DNA of 64,000 nucleotides from Leucoraja ocellata (GCA_036785375.1 JAWMAR010000006.1:3472001-3536000); one strand, 5' to 3'; shown: positions 23,852 to 37,933, numbered from the stretch's first letter. The notes: a model not told the origin generated them from the sequence alone. Numbers and translations: made by a program.

Positions 23852-25310
23852 GTAGGTGCAGTTTGAGGTAATGCTCAGGCAAGCGGAGCACCTAATTGGT
23901 GATTTTGCGCACAGGTCTTATTGCACTGGGGTGCTTATGACATCCAGGGAAGAACATCCGAACTGCAGTTCAAGGCTAACTCAGTATTCAGTTAATTATG
24001 TCCTATTTGTAGGTTATCCCAATAAAGCCACACTGTAGGAAGGATATGATTGTGCTGGAGATGAGATGTTGCCTGGGTAGCAAGATGTTTTGGGGAAAGA
24101 TTGGATAGAGTCATAATATCATACAACATATAAACAAGCCACTTGGCCTGCCAACCAGTGGGCTACCATCCATATTAATCCCATTTTCCTATACTTAGCC
24201 CATAGCTTTCTGTGCATAGGCAATTCATGTGTTCAGAGAACATAGACAGTACAGCCCATAATGTTTGTGTCGAACATGATGCCAAGTGAAACTGATCACA
24301 TTTACCTGTACATGATCCATATCCTTCTATTCCCTGTACTTCAATGTGCCTATCCAAAAGCCTCTTAAATGCCACTATCATATCTGCCTCCACTACCACC
24401 CTGGCAGCACGCTCCAGGCCCTCACCTCTCTCTACGTTAAAAAAACTTGCCCCGCACATCTCCAAGGGTTCCTGCACTCTGCCCTATTTATGTGTAGGAA
24501 AGAACTGCAGATTCTGGTTTAAACCGAAGATAGACACAAAATGCTGGAGTAATTTAGCGGGACAGGCAGCATCTCTGGAGAGAAGGAATGGATGACGTTT
24601 TGGGTCAAAACCCTTCTTCAGTCTCAAGAAGGGCCTCAACCCAAAACGTCACCCATACCTTCTCTCCAGAGATGCTGCCTGTCCCGTTGAGTTACTCCAG
24701 CATTTTTTGTCCATCTTTTGCCCTATCTACACCAGTCATCATTTTATAATCCTTAATCATGTCCTCTTAACTTTCTCTACTCGAGGAAAAACAGACCTAG
24801 CCTCTCCAACCTCTCCTCAAAACTGAAATGCTCTACCCCAGGCAACATCCTGGTGAATCTCCTATGTTCCCCTCCCGATCCACCCTTCCTCAGCCCCTTT
24901 TCCCAACCTAAAACTACTCTCCACACTGTCAATAAATCTGCCAATATTCATGTAATCTACAATTTTCATGATCATCGATCCTGCATCCACATCATTCATC
25001 CCTCCTTTCAAGAGTCAAGAGAGAGTCAAGAGTCAATTTAATTGTCATTTGGACCCCTAGAGGTCCAAACGAAATCAAGGGTCCCCACACTGATCTGTGG
25101 AGAGCATCATGAGTCACAGGTATCCAACTGCATAAACAACTCTCACCACCAAGCCAGTTTTAGATCAAACTTGCTGCTATGTCTCCTCAAATCACAAAAC
25201 TTTGGTTGTATTCAGATATCCTGAGGGTTTAAAAGGTGCTACATAAATGTAGATTGTTATTTATCACTGTGACGAATGTTTAGAAATGCCCTGATCTGCT
25301 CTTTCCTCAG

Positions 25311-25395
25311 TGAACCTCTGCAGGAAATGTTATTTGTTACATTTAATGTGACATTCTCCTCCAAACAGGCTTCAGTTGTTGAACTTCCAAAAAAT
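25311..25395 (+). CDS. CTNS: CTNS coding exon 3
   Basis: cctcag|...aaat|gtaagt. 85 bp (human c.141-225). Encodes EPLQEMLFVTFNVTFSSKQASVVELPKN. Confidence 0.9.
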
Positions 25396-26846
25396 GTAAG
25401 TAATGACAGAATTTTCAAACTCTGCTCAATGTTCCATTTTAATTGGTTCTTTATTTACCTGGGAGATTTTTATGAGATGCAAATCATGAGCATGATATAC
25501 TGGAAACACAAATCTTCTTTCGTGTGGAGTGCACAGCCTAAAATTGTTGGACAACTTGTTCTATTTGATTTTCCGTTTGTGCACGTTGATTGCATTAGTC
25601 AAAACAGGGCGGACCACGTGAAGGTTGCAATCTTCCACCCCGAAACACAAATAAGCTGGCATCTCTTAACAACGTAGAGAAGTGGAGTCATAGAGTTCTA
25701 CAGAACGGAATCAGACCCTTTGGCCAATCGTTCCATGCTGACAAACTTCCCTACCAGAGTCAGTCCCATTTGCCTGCATTTGGCCCATATCCCCAAAAAT
25801 CTTTTCTATCCCTATACCTGTGCAATATCTTTCAAATATTGTAACCGTACCCACCTCTGCCCTTTCCTCTTCATTGACTCTCCACAAGAAACAAGCAGCG
25901 ATGCTTATCACCAAATGTCGATTTTGCCTCCAACTCGAGTCCCTGTAAAAGTGCGTTCTGATCTTTAATGATTAGAATTCAGTAATGAGTGTGTCATTAG
26001 AATATTTTTTCACATGCAGCAATTCTTAGGAATGTGACATACCTGTGTGATGTGCTTTCACTGACAAATTTTATGTAATCCTAAAACTTTAAACTGTGAA
26101 AAATCAAAGTAATTGCCTAATTGTGCTGCAGAGATGGTGGCTAGATTGATATAATCTATAAAAGTTTGCAAGGTTTTGGAGAGGAATTGAGGGTGGAAGA
26201 CTGCTAATGCAACACCATTCCACAAGAAAATGTTGCTTTGTTGTTCGGGTTATACTTTGTGGATAGCTGCAACTATGTGATTGATCACCCAATGAGAAAC
26301 ATAGACAGTCAGAACCTTTTTCCCAGGATGGAAAAATCAAATACTAGAGGGTATAGGTTTAAAGTGAGAGAAGCATAGTTTAAAGGAGATGTGCAAGGGG
26401 GCAATCTTTTTACACAGAGGGTGATGAGTGCCTGGAACGTGCTTCTGAGAGTAGTGATTGCATAGAGACTTTTGCATAGGTATTTGGATATGTAGCGAAT
26501 GGAGGGATTTGGATTATGTGCAGCTAAAGGGGCCGAGCTTAAGTAGGCATCATGTTTGGCACAGACATAACATATAAGATTGTTTGAAACATATAAGATT
26601 ATTAAGGGCTTGGACACACTAGAGGCAGGAAACATGTTCCCGATGTTGGGCGAGTCCAGAACCAGGGGCCACAGTTTAAGAATAAGGAGTAAGCCATTTA
26701 GAACGGAGACGAGGAAACACTTTTTCTCACAGAGAGTTGTGAGTCTGTGGCATTCTCTGCCTCAGAGGGCGGTGGAGGCAGGTTCTCTTGTTGCTCCTCT
26801 CCAGAAATATTATAAATATTAACCTTTGTGTGCTTTATTTGAACAG

Positions 26847-26935
26847 ATTACATTGCCCGCTCACTCAAATGCAACATTTTTCCAAGTTAAAGGAGTTGGA
26901 ATTGGTCGGGTCACCGTATTCCTTGAAAGCAGCAA

Positions 26936-26968
<33 letters not shown>

Positions 26969-26977
26969 TGTGACCGG
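26847..26977 (+). CDS. CTNS: CTNS coding exon 4 (with poly-Ser insertion)
   Basis: gaacag|ATT ACA...ACC GG|gtgagt. 131 bp encoding ITLPAHSNATFFQVKGVGIGRVTVFLESSNGSSSSSSSSSNVT(G). Confidence 0.88.
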
Positions 26978-28299
26978 GTGAGTTGATGTCCCCTGGAAAG
27001 TCTTTGCGCCTTTTTTTGTAAATCAGCGTCTGCTGTTCCTTGTTTCTACATTCTGGTAAACCTTCTCTGCACCCTTTCCAAAGCCTCCACACCCTTCCTA
27101 TATTGGAGCAACCAGAACTGCACGCAAAGTTCCTATAAAGCTGCATTATGAAAATTTGTGAATTTGAATCGATTCATGTTGTAATATAAGTCCTAAGCAG
27201 TGAAAATGTGAAATAAATTGACATAGGAAGAAAAGTGGATAATTGTCAGAGGATGACAGTTCATTCTTTAGGTTAAGATATGAGTTGGATAAATTAGTAC
27301 AAGGAGCTGGCGGGTGCTATGAGCCAAACAGAAGGTAAAAGGATATTGACAGGCTGGGCAAGGCAGCATGGAATTGGAAGAACACATGTGAAGATTAAAT
27401 CAGGAGACATAGTTGAAACAGAGAGGATTGGTGTTAACAAAACTGATGAATTGGCTCCACAAGGTGGAGAAAATAATGAAATAAAAGTGTTAGCAAGAAC
27501 TCGAGTTGAAAGTTGTACAGGAGGAGACAATTTTGTGAGAAAAAAGCTCCTTGACTGTAACAGGCGTGCTTTAGAAGAGGTAGGTTTACAAATGGTCAGT
27601 TGATTATCCCCGTTGATCGGAACTGAGCAGTTGTGTTGTTTCTGCATTTCACTTGTTCACCCTGGTGAGGGAGTCCAAGATCATCGTATGCATCTAAAAC
27701 CTTTCATCTTGCACGAACACATTCGAGAAATGACATGGAACCTCTCTGGTTCATTTAAGAGGATGGTTCTACCCATGTGCTTCATTTAATCTTTGTTGTC
27801 TTTGAAACAACAGCTGTTTGTATTACACAGTGAAATGTCCCAGATGCTTCATGGAGCACCTTCTCTGAATCTAACACTGGGCCACGGGACAGAGGTCCCA
27901 AGGCAGACAGATATAAGGAAGGTATTACAATCTAGGAGCTTAGGCTGTAGACACATTTATTTGCGGTTAGACCAAGCGTAGGCTTGGCGATCGCTTCGCC
28001 GAACCCCTCCGCTCGGTTCGCAATAACCAACCTGATCTCCCGGTGGTTCAGCACTTCAATCCCCCTCCCATTCCGAATCTGACCTTTCTGTCCACGGCCT
28101 CCTCCATGGCCAGAGTGAGGACAACCGTAAATTGGAGGAGCAGCACCTTATATTTCGCTTGGGCAGTTTGCATCCCAGCGGTATAAACATTGACTTCTCT
28201 AATTTCAGGTAGTCCTTACTTTCTCCTTCCTTTCTCCTTACTTTCTCCTTCCCTTCTCAGCTCTCCCTCAGCCCACTGGCTCCACTTCATTTCTTCTCC

Positions 28300-28332
<33 letters not shown>

Positions 28333-28728
28333 ACCCCCCACCCCACATCAGTCTGAAGAAGGGTTTTGGCCCGAAACGTTGCTATTTCCTTCGCTCCATA
28401 CATGCTGCCTCACCCGCTGAGTTTCTCCAGGACTTTTGTCAACCCTCTATTTGAGGTTAGTTTTGATTTCCCAGTTATCCCAGCACTGACTTCCTATTTG
28501 TGGTCCTTGATGACAACTGTGTTTAGGCCATGACTATAGAATTCCCTCCCTACACCCCAGCTATCTTCTTCCATGCTGAACTTCCTCAAAAGCTCATCTG
28601 TTACCAAACTTTTCATCATTCTTCCCAATATTTTCCACGCAACGTCTATCCTGTTAAGTTTAATATGTTCTTCTTGTTGCTTATCTGTAATTAATGTAAA
28701 TTGTTTAACTATATCATTGTTTTTGTAG

Positions 28729-28866
28729 AACTCTGGCAATAATTCATTTTCTGGTAATGCAGAGCAGTGTTCTGAACATCTTGATTGAAGTGGTTGGCTG
28801 GGTTTATTTCTTGGCCTGGTCTATCTCATTCTACCCTCAAGTGATTGAAAACTGGAGACGTAAAAG
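28729..28866 (+). CDS. CTNS: CTNS coding exon 5 (TM1, first PQ motif)
   Basis: ttgtag|...aaaag|gtaagc. Encodes [45 protein letters not shown](S). Confidence 0.96.
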
Positions 28867-30693
28867 GTAAGCTGCGTGCTGGAAACATTTGAATATCATT
28901 TCATAACATGAGAAGCCTTATGTGACAAGGACATTTATACATTTGGTGTATTAACTCGTTATCATCTTTCCCACAGCCAACAATGAACCATTGTGGGCTC
29001 CACATTTCCTTAATTATCACTGCTTTCTGCGCATCTTCCATTCATTTGTCCCAAGGACCATCTATAACTCTCGTTCCCCTTTCCCCTGACTTAGACTGAA
29101 GAAGTCTCGATCTGAAACGTCACCTATTCCTTTTATCCAGATCTGCTGCCTGCCTTGCTGAGTTATTCCAGCTTATGGTGTCTGTATACAATTGCTGAAT
29201 TCTGTAAGATAGTCAATTAATTTAATTGGAAATCAAACATCTATTGACGTGTATCTTTTCCATCTGTGGGATGTGCACCACTTTGACAAAGCCACAATTT
29301 ATTGCCAAATCCTGATTGCTCATAAGGTGATGATGAACCACCTTCCTGATCTGCTCCAGTAACTGCAAGGATAATTCACAGGTCATCTTGAGTAGTGAAT
29401 TCAAGTACTTGATCAAGATAAGAGGTGGGTCACCTCTGTTGCTGCAGTATCTGCTCAGTTGTAGGAAATTAATGATAAAAGCAGCAACACTGTCTAGAAT
29501 AGGATGAGGACTGACCATTGTAGTCATCCAGTACAGAAAAAGACCCTTCAGACCACCGTCTCCATGCCAACTATCAAGTATCCATCTATACAAATCCCAT
29601 TTACTAACAGTTCGTTCACAGCCTTCTATGCCCTAGCAATTCAAGCACGTTTAGATGCTACTTAAATGTTATGGGAGTCTCCTTCTTCACCAAGCCCACA
29701 GTTATAAATTTGTGATCACACTCGGGACGAAAAATTCTTCCCTCATATCCCCCTTAAATCTCTTACCCCAGTCCTTAAACCAATTTTTCCTGGTTTTAGT
29801 CATCTTTATTTGGGGAAAGGTGTTGTTTATCCTGCAATATAAATTTAAGAAACTATTTTTCAGATTCAAGAGTCTCCAAAATTATAATCTCTGGATTATT
29901 CGTACACATTCCAGTGAGCATAGGAATAGCAAGATAGATCGGGTGAATTTATGACTATAGATCTGGATAGGAGGGAGTGATAGCTCTAGACTGCTGAATC
30001 GTTGTGATTTTTTTATGGGGAAGGTGGGACATGTAGAAACTAGGCAAGTTGCATCTGAACAGGGATGGGACCAACATCCTTATGGGAGGATTCCTGATGC
30101 TGTTGAGGAGGGACTTGAAGAGATTCACCAGGATCTTGCCCAGGATGTAATGTTTTAATTATGGGCAGAGACTAAGAAAGCCACGTTTCTTTTTGTTGGA
30201 GCAGATGGACATGGGACAGATCTATGAATAATTATGAGGGCATAGATAGAGCAAATAGTAGGAAACTTATCCCGATCGCTGAGATGTCAAAAAAAGGGCA
30301 TAGGTTGGGGTCAGGGTTGAAGAGATTTAGAGGTTCAGTGGAAGAACTCTCACCCACAGGATAATTGTAATTTTGAACATTGCCTGATGGGATGGCGGAG
30401 GTAGGTACGGTCACAACTTATGAATAGTATCTAGACCAGCACTTGAATCAGCAGGCGTAGAAGACTACAGACTAAGTGCTGGTAATGGGATTAAGAAGAT
30501 TAGTTGCAATGGACATAATGAACTGAAAGGAATGTTTTTCGCTGCATGACTTGGGAATTGTGCCTCAAAAATTAATTGTATGTAGAGCTCAATGTGTTTT
30601 AGATTTTGTTTACTATTTGTGAATTGTATTGTAAGCAAATGGATTTATAATGAGCAAGGTGCTACTGCATGACATATTTCTTCTCTATCTCAG

Positions 30694-30793
30694 TGTGGTT
30701 GGATTGAATTTTGATTTTCTGGCGCTGAATCTGACTGGTCATATTGCTTATGGAATGTTCAATGTCGGTCTCTACTGGATTCCTCTTATTAAG
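30694..30793 (+). CDS. CTNS: CTNS coding exon 6
   Basis: 100 bp with AG/GT boundaries. Encodes [33 protein letters not shown]. Confidence 0.97.
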
Positions 30794-30904
30794 GTAATAT
30801 TTAATTCCATATATTACTGTAATATTCAATTTAGTTCTTCCCAAGCACTGAAAACTTGTAGTGATTCCATGTCAGTGCTATCCTGGCCATTGTTCGATAT
30901 GACT

Positions 30905-32393
30905 CAGCGTTTCTCAACCTTTTTAACCTTGCGGAACCTTTGAAATAATTTTCATGTCTCAGGGAACCCCTGAGTTGGGGGATGCCAGGCCCGCCACCAT
31001 TTTGAGATTGCGTCATAACGGTAATGTCTGGTGTCACAACGGGGACCCGTCAGCCGCACCTGCAGTTGGGGGAGGATTGCCGGGCCAGGATCGCCATTTT
31101 AACATCCAGCGTTGTGTATAGGTGAGGGGGAATATTGCGTTGGGGGAGGGGGACCCAACAGGTCCACACTTGGTCTGGTTCAGGGGTGTCAAGCCCATTT
31201 TAAGTCACGGGCTGGATTGGGCAAAATGCGACTTCATGCGGGCCGGATCAGTTAGGCACACACGCATGCTCCCACAACTTTCGTTGCCTTCGTTTTTTCA
31301 ACCTGCTCTCATATGTCTCAGTCTCTGCTATAACTACAAAGTGTTTCACTTTACGAATTTTGTTTCTTATGAAGAAGATTGCCTAGCAAGCATTACTTTT
31401 ATGATTGGTATTAACTTACAGTCATAGGCTACAAGAAAGTTGTGATGAGAGAGAGAGAAAAAACTGCTATTTTGGCGAAGATTATTTTGGGAACCACACC
31501 CTTTCCATTAATAAACCATTTGAAATTGTACATTAGCAGACACAAATGTAGACCTAGCGAAACAAATTGTTTCGTTAGGTCTACTTCTCTGCTACCATTT
31601 CAGTGCTGGCATCCAAGAGAGATGACCCTCCTAACGTGGGAGACAACCAGCGATGGTGATTATACATCAAGGTACAGATACAGAGACTCCGGGTTGTGGC
31701 CTCTCCCGGTCATTGCGGGTTCCTGGGACGATTGGGAGACTGGGAAGGGCGTAGAACAAAGATGCTTTGCAGTCGGTTGAGCTCCCTCCTCCGCCGTTCA
31801 GCTCCACACAGTGTGAAGAGAAAAGTATCCACAGTGCAGTCCGCACCGCATTTTTACCCCCCCCCCCCCCCCCACACAGCATTCGAACCCAGCACCTGGC
31901 CGCTCCGCACCAGGCAACCTAACCCCGCTCAGCGCCCGCCCCCTCCCTCCCTCATTGGCCACAGCTGACTGCCAAGAGGGCGGTCCCTTCTCCTATTGGG
32001 CCATCCTGCAGTCAGTCACGCGGGATGACGGCCAGCCTGTTTGTCTGACTCTCGCCGGGTTCAGACCTGCCCCCCCCCCCCCCCCGAACGGCATCTGCGG
32101 TTCAACTGGTCGGGTGTCAGTCAAGGAGTCATCACAATGCTGGCATATAAGGAGCGAGAGGCTGACTAGGGAGGTGGGTCAGACGCACGAGCAGTGGCTC
32201 AAGGGGAGCCCGGACGTCCCGTCACCATGGGACATCTGCACCCCGATCTGGTACCGGAGACAGCTTCAGCCTGCTCTGGCATTGGGGAAATCATCCCATG
32301 GGCCGGATGCGGCCCGCGTACCAGTAATTTGACACCCCTAGCGACCTCTCGCGGAACCCTAACGTTCCGGGGAACCCCGGTTGAGAAACGCTG
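30905..32393. mobile_element. hAT (Charlie-like) non-autonomous element with a nested second hAT-like element at ~31181-32340
   Basis: TIRs CAGCGTTTCTCAACC / GGTTGAGAAACGCTG with an exact 8-bp TSD ATATGACT (30897-30904, 32394-32401). Inner ends CAGGGGTGTCAA / TTGACACCCCT. Confidence 0.88.
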
Positions 32394-32510
32394 ATATGAC
32401 TGGTCCAGGACAAATTGCTGATGATATTTACTCGTAAGAACTTGAAGCTTTCAACCATCTCTACTTCGGCGCTGAATATTGTCCAAAATTGTTTTTTGCT
32501 GGTGTTTCAG

Positions 32511-32630
32511 AGTCAGTTCATGAAGAGTAATCCAGGAGGGATAAACCCAGTCGGAGCCAGTGACGTCTTCTTCAGTCTTCATGCCATCTTGCTGACAGCA
32601 TTTACAATCTGTCAGTGTTTCCTGTATGAG
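32511..32630 (+). CDS. CTNS: CTNS coding exon 7
   Basis: 120 bp, tttcag| and |gttagt. Encodes SQFMKSNPGGINPVGASDVFFSLHAILLTAFTICQCFLYE. Confidence 0.97.
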
Positions 32631-34060
32631 GTTAGTCAACCTGTGAGACTTATTTAGAATTTTGCAATAATGTGGCCCTTTGCCTGTGTTTGTTTTCACT
32701 TTACCTGATCAAATCCCATTCTAATTCTATTTTTAATCAATTTATTCTCTTAATTAGTTGTTCTGTTGTAAAGTGTAAATAATTTTGCTTTTATTTGGTG
32801 TAATTGCTCATTTCTTCAAATATACTGAATTCTTCAAATATGTTTTCTTCAAATATTGAAAAATATATAGTTATCAACACACGAACCACTAGTCTTTTGA
32901 GATCTGATTAGATGCCTCACGTCCCACTGGACGTATCTATTCCACTCCAGGCTTTCATTCTAACTCTTAACCATTCATTCCAGACAAATTTGAGTGAAAC
33001 TTCAGTCGCCCCTTATGAGAACAGGGCCTAATATTTTCCATATGATGTATCTGGGATCATGTAAAATAGTTTGTACTGAACTATACATCTTGATGTATAA
33101 GATGCAATTTCTGCCTTTTCAGTTCTCTTGTGTGTCTACAACTGGATCGCCAATGATTTAAAAAAGAGTCTATTTGATTTGCAACCATTTTCTGTTGTGT
33201 TGTTCCATCTCTCTGTACTGATACATTCTCTGTCAGCAGGTTTGGTCTGTTCACTAGTCAGTTCCCTCCATCACCCCTGCATTTACTATAAGTAACATTG
33301 TAACATTCTAGAGTCAAGGTTGTTTTAATGTCATGTCAGGGGGAGGGAGATAGATAGATAAGGGAATGTGAAGGTGTGAAAACTGCAAAGGGAATGGAAA
33401 TCAAGGAAAATATAGAATAGATCATTGTCAGCTGGGAGAAGGCAACGACAAAGCAAACAGATAAAATGTAGTCGGAGACAGCAAGGCTGGTCAGAGAACT
33501 GGGAAGTGGGAGGGATGGAGAGAGGGAAAGCAAGGGTTACTTGAAGTTAGAGAAGTCAATGTTCATACTGCTGGGGTGTAAGCTGCCCAAGCGAAAAATG
33601 GGGTGCTGTTCCTCCAGTTTGTGCTGGGCCTCACTCTAACAATGGAGGAGGCCCAGGACCAGGTTTATTGGAATAAAAAATAATGAGAGGTTATCAATGT
33701 ACAAGATTCCTACATGGTAGATTGGAGGTAGTAGCAAGTTTCATTTGATTTTACAAAGTATTTCCCTTTATAAACTTTAATTAACTCTGCATTCTTTGTG
33801 TCCTGTGCTTATATATTTATAAGTTTATGTGAAATGTTTAAATGCCCCCTTAAAATCATTGTGAACAAGTTCCCACTGCATAATTCCAATTAATGTTGTA
33901 ATCCTCTGATCTGCAATCTTCCCTGTTGCCCCAGATGCTCCTATACACAGAGCCTGGCTTCATTTTGATCCAACATCTCTTATTTTGCTTTTGTCATTTG
34001 AGACATTTTGTTCAAAGTTATGAAGGTTCTGACATACTTTCTTGTATTCATTCCACACAG

Positions 34061-34231
34061 CGAGCTGAGCAGAAAGTGTCGAAGATTGCTACTGTAATTC
34101 TAGTAGCTACCTGGCTGTTTGGTCTTGTCACCCTGTTTGTGACCATTGCCAACAAAATCACGTGGCTGCAATATCTTTACTATTTCTCCTACATCAAACT
34201 TGCAATTACACTGATCAAGTACATCCCCCAG
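34061..34231 (+). CDS. CTNS: CTNS coding exon 8 (second PQ motif)
   Basis: 171 bp, cacag| and |gtaagt. Encodes RAEQKVSK...WLQYLYYFSYIKLAITLIKYIPQ. Confidence 0.97.
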
Positions 34232-34689
34232 GTAAGTGGTGAAGAATCTGCATGTCATGGGATACAGTGGGAAAATGTGGCTGGTTTCTCATTAGTGAGA
34301 CATTGTTAGAATGGGAATTCAAGTGCCGCTTGAATGTTACTGGTTCTCGTGATCTCCAGCTGTTCCAAGGGATGGAAGTTCAATAGCATGAGAATGCTGA
34401 GGACCGTGCATCGTAAGGCTGACTTCTGGGAGATGGCAGGATTCCTGTCCAGCAAATTAATTAACCTTTCTATATAAATGGCCAGAGTGCCAACACTGGC
34501 ACCTTGGTAACCAGACAACACCAACCCGTGTTTACATTGCTGCCTTTGATTAAGATGTTGAGGGGAAGGATTTAATATCATGCAAAGAGTCACAATCGCA
34601 AGACAAAATGTAAAGCTCTCTTACTGCAAAGTGGCAGTAGACTGCAAACATACACCTTTCCCCTCTTCCGACAACAGCAGTGTCCTCTT

Positions 34690-35360
34690 TCCACAATGGC
34701 ATTCAGTGTACAGCAGGCAGCGAAGAAAATTAATGGCATGTTGGCCTTCATTGCGAGAGGATTTGAGTTTAGGAGCAAGGAGGTCTTACTGCAGTTGTAC
34801 AGTGTCCTGGTGAGACCGCACCTGGATTATTGTTTGCAATTTTGGTCTCCTAATTTGAGGAAGGACATTATTGCTATTGAGGGAGTTCACCAGTTTAATT
34901 CCCAGTATGGCAGAACTGACATATGAAAGAATGGGTCGACTGGGCTTGTATTCACTGGAATTTAGAAGGATGAGAGGAGAATCTTATAGAAACATATAAA
35001 ATTCTTAAAGGATTGGACAGGCTAGATGCAGGAAAAATGTTCCCGAAGTTAGGAGAGTACAGAACCAGGGGTCACAGTTTAAGAATAAGGGGCAGGCCAT
35101 TTAGGACTGAGATGAGGAAAAACTTCTTCACCCAGAGAGTTGTGAATCTGTAGAATTCTCTACCACAGATGGCAGTGGAGGCCAATTCATTGGATGTTTT
35201 CAAGAGAGAGTTAGATTTAGCTCTTAGGGCTAAAGGAATCAAGGGATATAGAGAAAAAGCAGGAACGGGTACTGATTATAGATGATCAGCCTTGATCATC
35301 TTGAATGGCGGTGCTGGCTTGAAGGGCCGAATGGCTTACTCCTGCACTTATTTTTCTCTA
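34690..35360 (+). mobile_element. CR1-type LINE 3' fragment
   Basis: VQQAAKKINGMLAFIARGFEFRSKEVLLQLY..LVRPHLDYC, followed by the CR1 3' UTR. Confidence 0.88.
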
Positions 35361-35735
35361 TATAATCCTTCAGCAGAGGCAAAGAGAAAGAAAAAAAATT
35401 ACACTCTATACACCTCGTTCTTTGAAACCAACATGGCGTATATTATCTGTAAAACCACTTATTTTCTTTGTGTTTGTACGGCTCAAGATCCAATTTGATT
35501 CCCCCTTGAAAGGTAAAAGAAGTGCGGACATCCACAGCATTAAACTGGAACGCATTCCAGAGGCTCATCGAACATAGAACAGAGCAGCACAGGAACAGGC
35601 TCTTTGACACACAGTGACTGTGCCGAACATGATGTCAAGTTTACTTGATCTCTGCTCCCTACAAAGTGAGCAGGGCCTCCTGTTCAGCAGATGCTAACAA
35701 TCTATATCGTACCCTTGTGTTTCACTCTCCTATAG

Positions 35736-35853
35736 GCCTACATGAACTATCGAAGGAAGAGCACACTGGGCTGGTCCATTGGGAATGTGCTGTTAGATTT
35801 TACTGGAGGCAGTTTGAGCATCGTGCAGATGTTCCTACAGTCCTATAATAATG
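35736..35853 (+). CDS. CTNS: CTNS coding exon 9
   Basis: 118 bp, ctatag| and |gtaagc. Encodes [39 protein letters not shown]. Confidence 0.97.
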
Positions 35854-36354
35854 GTAAGCGTGACCTGACCTGGGAATAAAACATTCTTTAGAAAAGTTAC
35901 AGTTGAGCGAGTGGTGGAATCAAAGACTCCTGAACATCCTGAAGTTCCCTCTCCCCGGGCTCTCATTCTGAAGAAGCGTCTCAACCCGAAACATCACTTA
36001 TTCCTTTTCTACAGAGATGTTGCCTGACCCGCTGAGTTACTCCAGCATTTTGTGTCTTATCTTCCATTCTACGCACCTGCTAATGTCCTCCCTGTTCCAA
36101 GCCACCGAGTGAGGTGATCCTGCGATTTTGTCTACATGGTGTTTCTCCACCAATAGAAGATGTTGATTGAAATCTCATCATTTTAGTCTGAGGCCATGTT
36201 TTAATCAGAATGAGGTAGTTAGACATACAGCGTGGAAACCAGCCCCTCAGCCCACCGAGACTGCGCCGACCAGCGATCCCCGCACATTAACACTATCCTA
36301 CACATATTAGGGACAATTTACAATTATACCAAGCCAATTAACCTACAAACTTGT

Positions 36355-37330
36355 TCAAGAAGGAACTGCAGATGCTGGAAGATCGAAGGTACACAAAAAT
36401 GCTGGAGAAACTCAGCGGTTGCAGCAGCATCTATGGAGCAAAGGAAATAGGCGACGTTTCAGGCCGAAACCCTTCTTCAGACTGATGTGGGGTGGGGGGG
36501 GAGAAGGAAGGAAAAATGGAGGAGGAGGAGCCTGAGGGCAGGGGGATGGGAGGAGACAGCCAAGGGTTAAGGAAGGGGAGGAGACAGCAAGGGCTAGCAA
36601 AACTGGGAGAATTCAACGTTCATGCCATCCGGACGCAAGCAACCCAGGCGGAATATGAGGTGCTGTTCCTCCAATTTCCGGTGTTGCTCACTCTGGCAAT
36701 GGAGGAGACCCAGGACTGAGAGGTCGGATTGGGAATGGGAGGGGGAGTTTAAGTGCTGAGCCACCGGGAGTTCAGGTTGGTTATTGCGGACTGAGCGGAG
36801 GTGTTCGGCGAAACGATCGCCCAACCTCCGCTTATCCTCACCGATGTAAATCAGCTGACATCTAGAGCAGCGGATGCAGTAGATGAGGTTGGAGGAGATA
36901 CAGGTGAACCTTTGTCGCACCTGGAACGACTGCTTGGGTCCTTGAATGGAGTCGAGGGGGGAGGTGAAGGGACAGGTGTTGCATTTCTTGCGGTTGCAAC
37001 GGAAAGTGCCTGGGGAGGGGGTGGTACGGGAGGGAAGGGAAGAATTGACAAGGGAGTTGCGGAGGGAGCGGTCTTTGCGGAAGGCAGACATGGGAGATGG
37101 GAAGATGTGGGGTCGCGTTGGAGGTGGCGGAAATGGCGGAGGATTATGTGTTGTATTTGCCGGCTGGTGGGGTGAAAGGTGAGGACTAGGGGGACTCTGC
37201 TCTTGTTGCGAGTGCGGGGATGGGGAGAGAGAGCAGTGTTGCGGGGTATGGATGAGACCCTGGTGCGAGCCTCATCTATGGTGGCAGAGGGGAATCCCAG
37301 TTCCCTGAAGAACGAGGACATTTCCGAACT
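36355..37330 (-). mobile_element. Penelope-like element (5'-truncated) inserted in a tRNA-derived SINE (36215-36354 plus ~37335-37500, minus strand)
   Basis: ORF 36594-37091 contains the GIY-YIG domain. The direct repeat TACAAACTTGT is present on both sides. Confidence 0.88.
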
Positions 37331-37933
37331 TGTACAAACTTGTACATCCTTGGAATGTGAGAGGAAACCGATCTCGGAGAAAACCCACGTAGGTCACGGG
37401 GAGAGCGTACAAACTCCGTACAGACAAACACCTGTAGTCAGGATCGAACCCAGGACTCTGGCGCTGTAAGGCAGCAACTCTCCCGCTGTGCCACCGTGCT
37501 ATTCTGTTGTTTTAATCTGGGAGATATTTTGTTCATTTAAGGCTGGCTTTACTCTGAGGAAGGTACTCAACATCTGGTGAAGTCTCTTAACATTAAGTTT
37601 GCTGATGAATCATGGGGTTTTCTCTTTAACTTTTCAAGCTGTTCAAACAAATGATGTGACTGCACAGAAGATAGACACAAAGTGCTGGTTCAGGCAGCAT
37701 CTCTGGGGAAATGGAATAGCTGCTGTTCGGGTCGAGACCCTTCTTCAGACTGCGCAGGTCTGGTTTGGGCCAGTAGAGGTTTCCGTGGGTATAGGCATAT
37801 GGGTTGTGTTTATGCAGCAACCTGACCTGAAATGCTGGTTGCTTTTAACACTGATATTCATTGATTCAAATTGAACTTGTTGCTTTGTAGTTTGATTGCA
37901 GTTCAGTGAACACATGTCCTGTTTTTCTTACAG

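Noticed and set aside
25396-25677. ORF 25276-25677 continues past CTNS exon 3 with SSFVWSAQPKIVGQLVLF, superficially like human SSFQVTSQNVGQLTVY
   Set aside because: No convincing acceptor. A better exon with correct phases and splice sites exists at 26847-26977, so this is treated as intron read-through coincidence.
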